NCBI GenBank assembly: GCA_963835795.1
Contig: CAWIHJ010000087.1
Span: 735 to 64,734, forward strand
Direction of reading: 5' to 3'
DNA length: 64,000 bases
DNA from: an uncultured Gammaproteobacteria bacterium
GTDB lineage: Bacteria; Pseudomonadota; Gammaproteobacteria; GCA-001735895
Part shown: positions 63,150-64,000 of the stretch, piece after piece
Numbering within the stretch: the first letter of the stretch is position 1
Layout of the letters: the number at the start of each line of letters is the position of its first letter
Translations under genes and position numbers: made by a program
The notes under the pieces: model-generated
What the model was told of the DNA's origin: nothing
The model's database searches: none
Seen by the model: the letters and a program-made list of their open reading frames with translations, nothing else

Positions 63150-64000
63150 GCCTCTGCGCTGGGCAATAATCCACTCGATCTTGCCTCAACCGTGAAGATT
63201 CGTACTGGCCGATTCAAGCCGCGCACCGCTACCTCGCCCAGTTCGCGAAACTCAAACTCTTCACCCGCAATCGCATCGCGAGTGCTCTGCGAAACGATGA
63301 TGCGCGTGCCGTAGTCCTTGTTGAGTTGTTCGAGGCGCGCCGTTAGATTGACGTTGTCGCCATGCACCGTGTAGCCAACGCGATCGCCCGAACCAACCAG
63401 GCCACCCACCACGCTGCCAGTGTTAATCCCCACGCGCGTATTAAACGCACTGCCCTCGCCGAACTCGACACCTTGCAAAACTGATTGAATTGACAGCGCT
63501 GCGCGCACCGCGTTGGCCGCGTGATCGGCGTCTGGTCTCGGCAGGTTAAAGGTCGCCAGCACTGCGTCACCCTGAAACTGGCTGATCGAACCACCGTAGT
63601 GGCTAATTGGCTCGGCGATCAAGCTAAAGTATCGGTTCAGGGCTTCGATCAACTGTTCCGGCGGCAGGGTTTCGCTAATCGACGTAAAGCCCTCGATGTC
63701 GGTGAACAAAATGCTGCAGTCGCTGACCTCTCCCTTGCCGGTAATCGCACCCTCTTCCGACTGGGTTACCTGTGCCGCCACTTCCTCGGGTACAAAACGC
63801 GATAAATCACGCGCCGCGCTACCCTCGATAACGGACTCGAACAACAGGTTACGGGCCCGATGCAACGCCAATGCGAGGACTCCGGTGACCATTAATATCG
63901 ACAGGATCTTGTCAAATTCGGCGCCGATCAAGATGCTGTTTGACGTCATGTATTCGACGTAGTCGCGCGTTATCATATTATCTGCCGGATCCTGCAGCAC
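63146..64000 (-). CDS. Membrane class III adenylate/guanylate cyclase (5' end outside window)
   Basis: LSRFVP, ILFTDIEGFT, QFQGDAVLATF, RVGINTG, YTVHGDNVNLTARLEQLNK. Confidence 0.92.
   Translation of the reverse strand: MLQDPADNMITRDYVEYMTSNSILIGAEFDKILSILMVTGVLALALHRARNLLFESVIEGSAARDLSRFVPEEVAAQVTQSEEGAITGKGEVSDCSILFTDIEGFTSISETLPPEQLIEALNRYFSLIAEPISHYGGSISQFQGDAVLATFNLPRPDADHAANAVRAALSIQSVLQGVEFGEGSAFNTRVGINTGSVVGGLVGSGDRVGYTVHGDNVNLTARLEQLNKDYGTRIIVSQSTRDAIAGEEFEFRELGEVAVRGLNRPVRIFTVEARSSGLLPSAEA

Overview
GC-rich gammaproteobacterial chromosome segment (taxon inferred from gene content), probably from an incompletely polished long-read assembly. Many conserved genes carry single-base frameshifts, and bases 1-~1596 are an error-laden reverse-complement copy of ~1671-3290 (fold-back). 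Most of the window is housekeeping or metabolic: sthA, zapE, lysS, prfB with its +1 frameshift, pepN, ndk, guaC, mnmH/selU, rlmKL, sucAB and ettA. The most unusual part is an extended phosphate locus (20.5-30.4 kb). It has Pho-box-led phoBR and pstS, a PhoU fused to a catalytically degenerate ArsC/LMW-phosphatase domain, and pstCA. Its two PstB ATPases carry reciprocal motif degeneration, predicting a heterodimer with one active and one dead site. An ATP-cone/2-phosphoglycerate-kinase-like gene follows, facing a histidine phosphatase. Also present: a GntR/DHDPS-like/ALDH/FAD-oxidoreductase operon with a perfect operator palindrome, three clusters of GTCATTCCCGCG-type palindromic repeats between convergent genes, a 129-bp MITE-like element overlapping the prfB stop codon, an orphan ornithine-decarboxylase C-terminal remnant where recJ would be expected, and a cNMP-binding/HD-hydrolase/class III cyclase trio. 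No CRISPR array, rRNA, tRNA or transposase was recognised. All calls come from motif recognition by eye; no searches were run.
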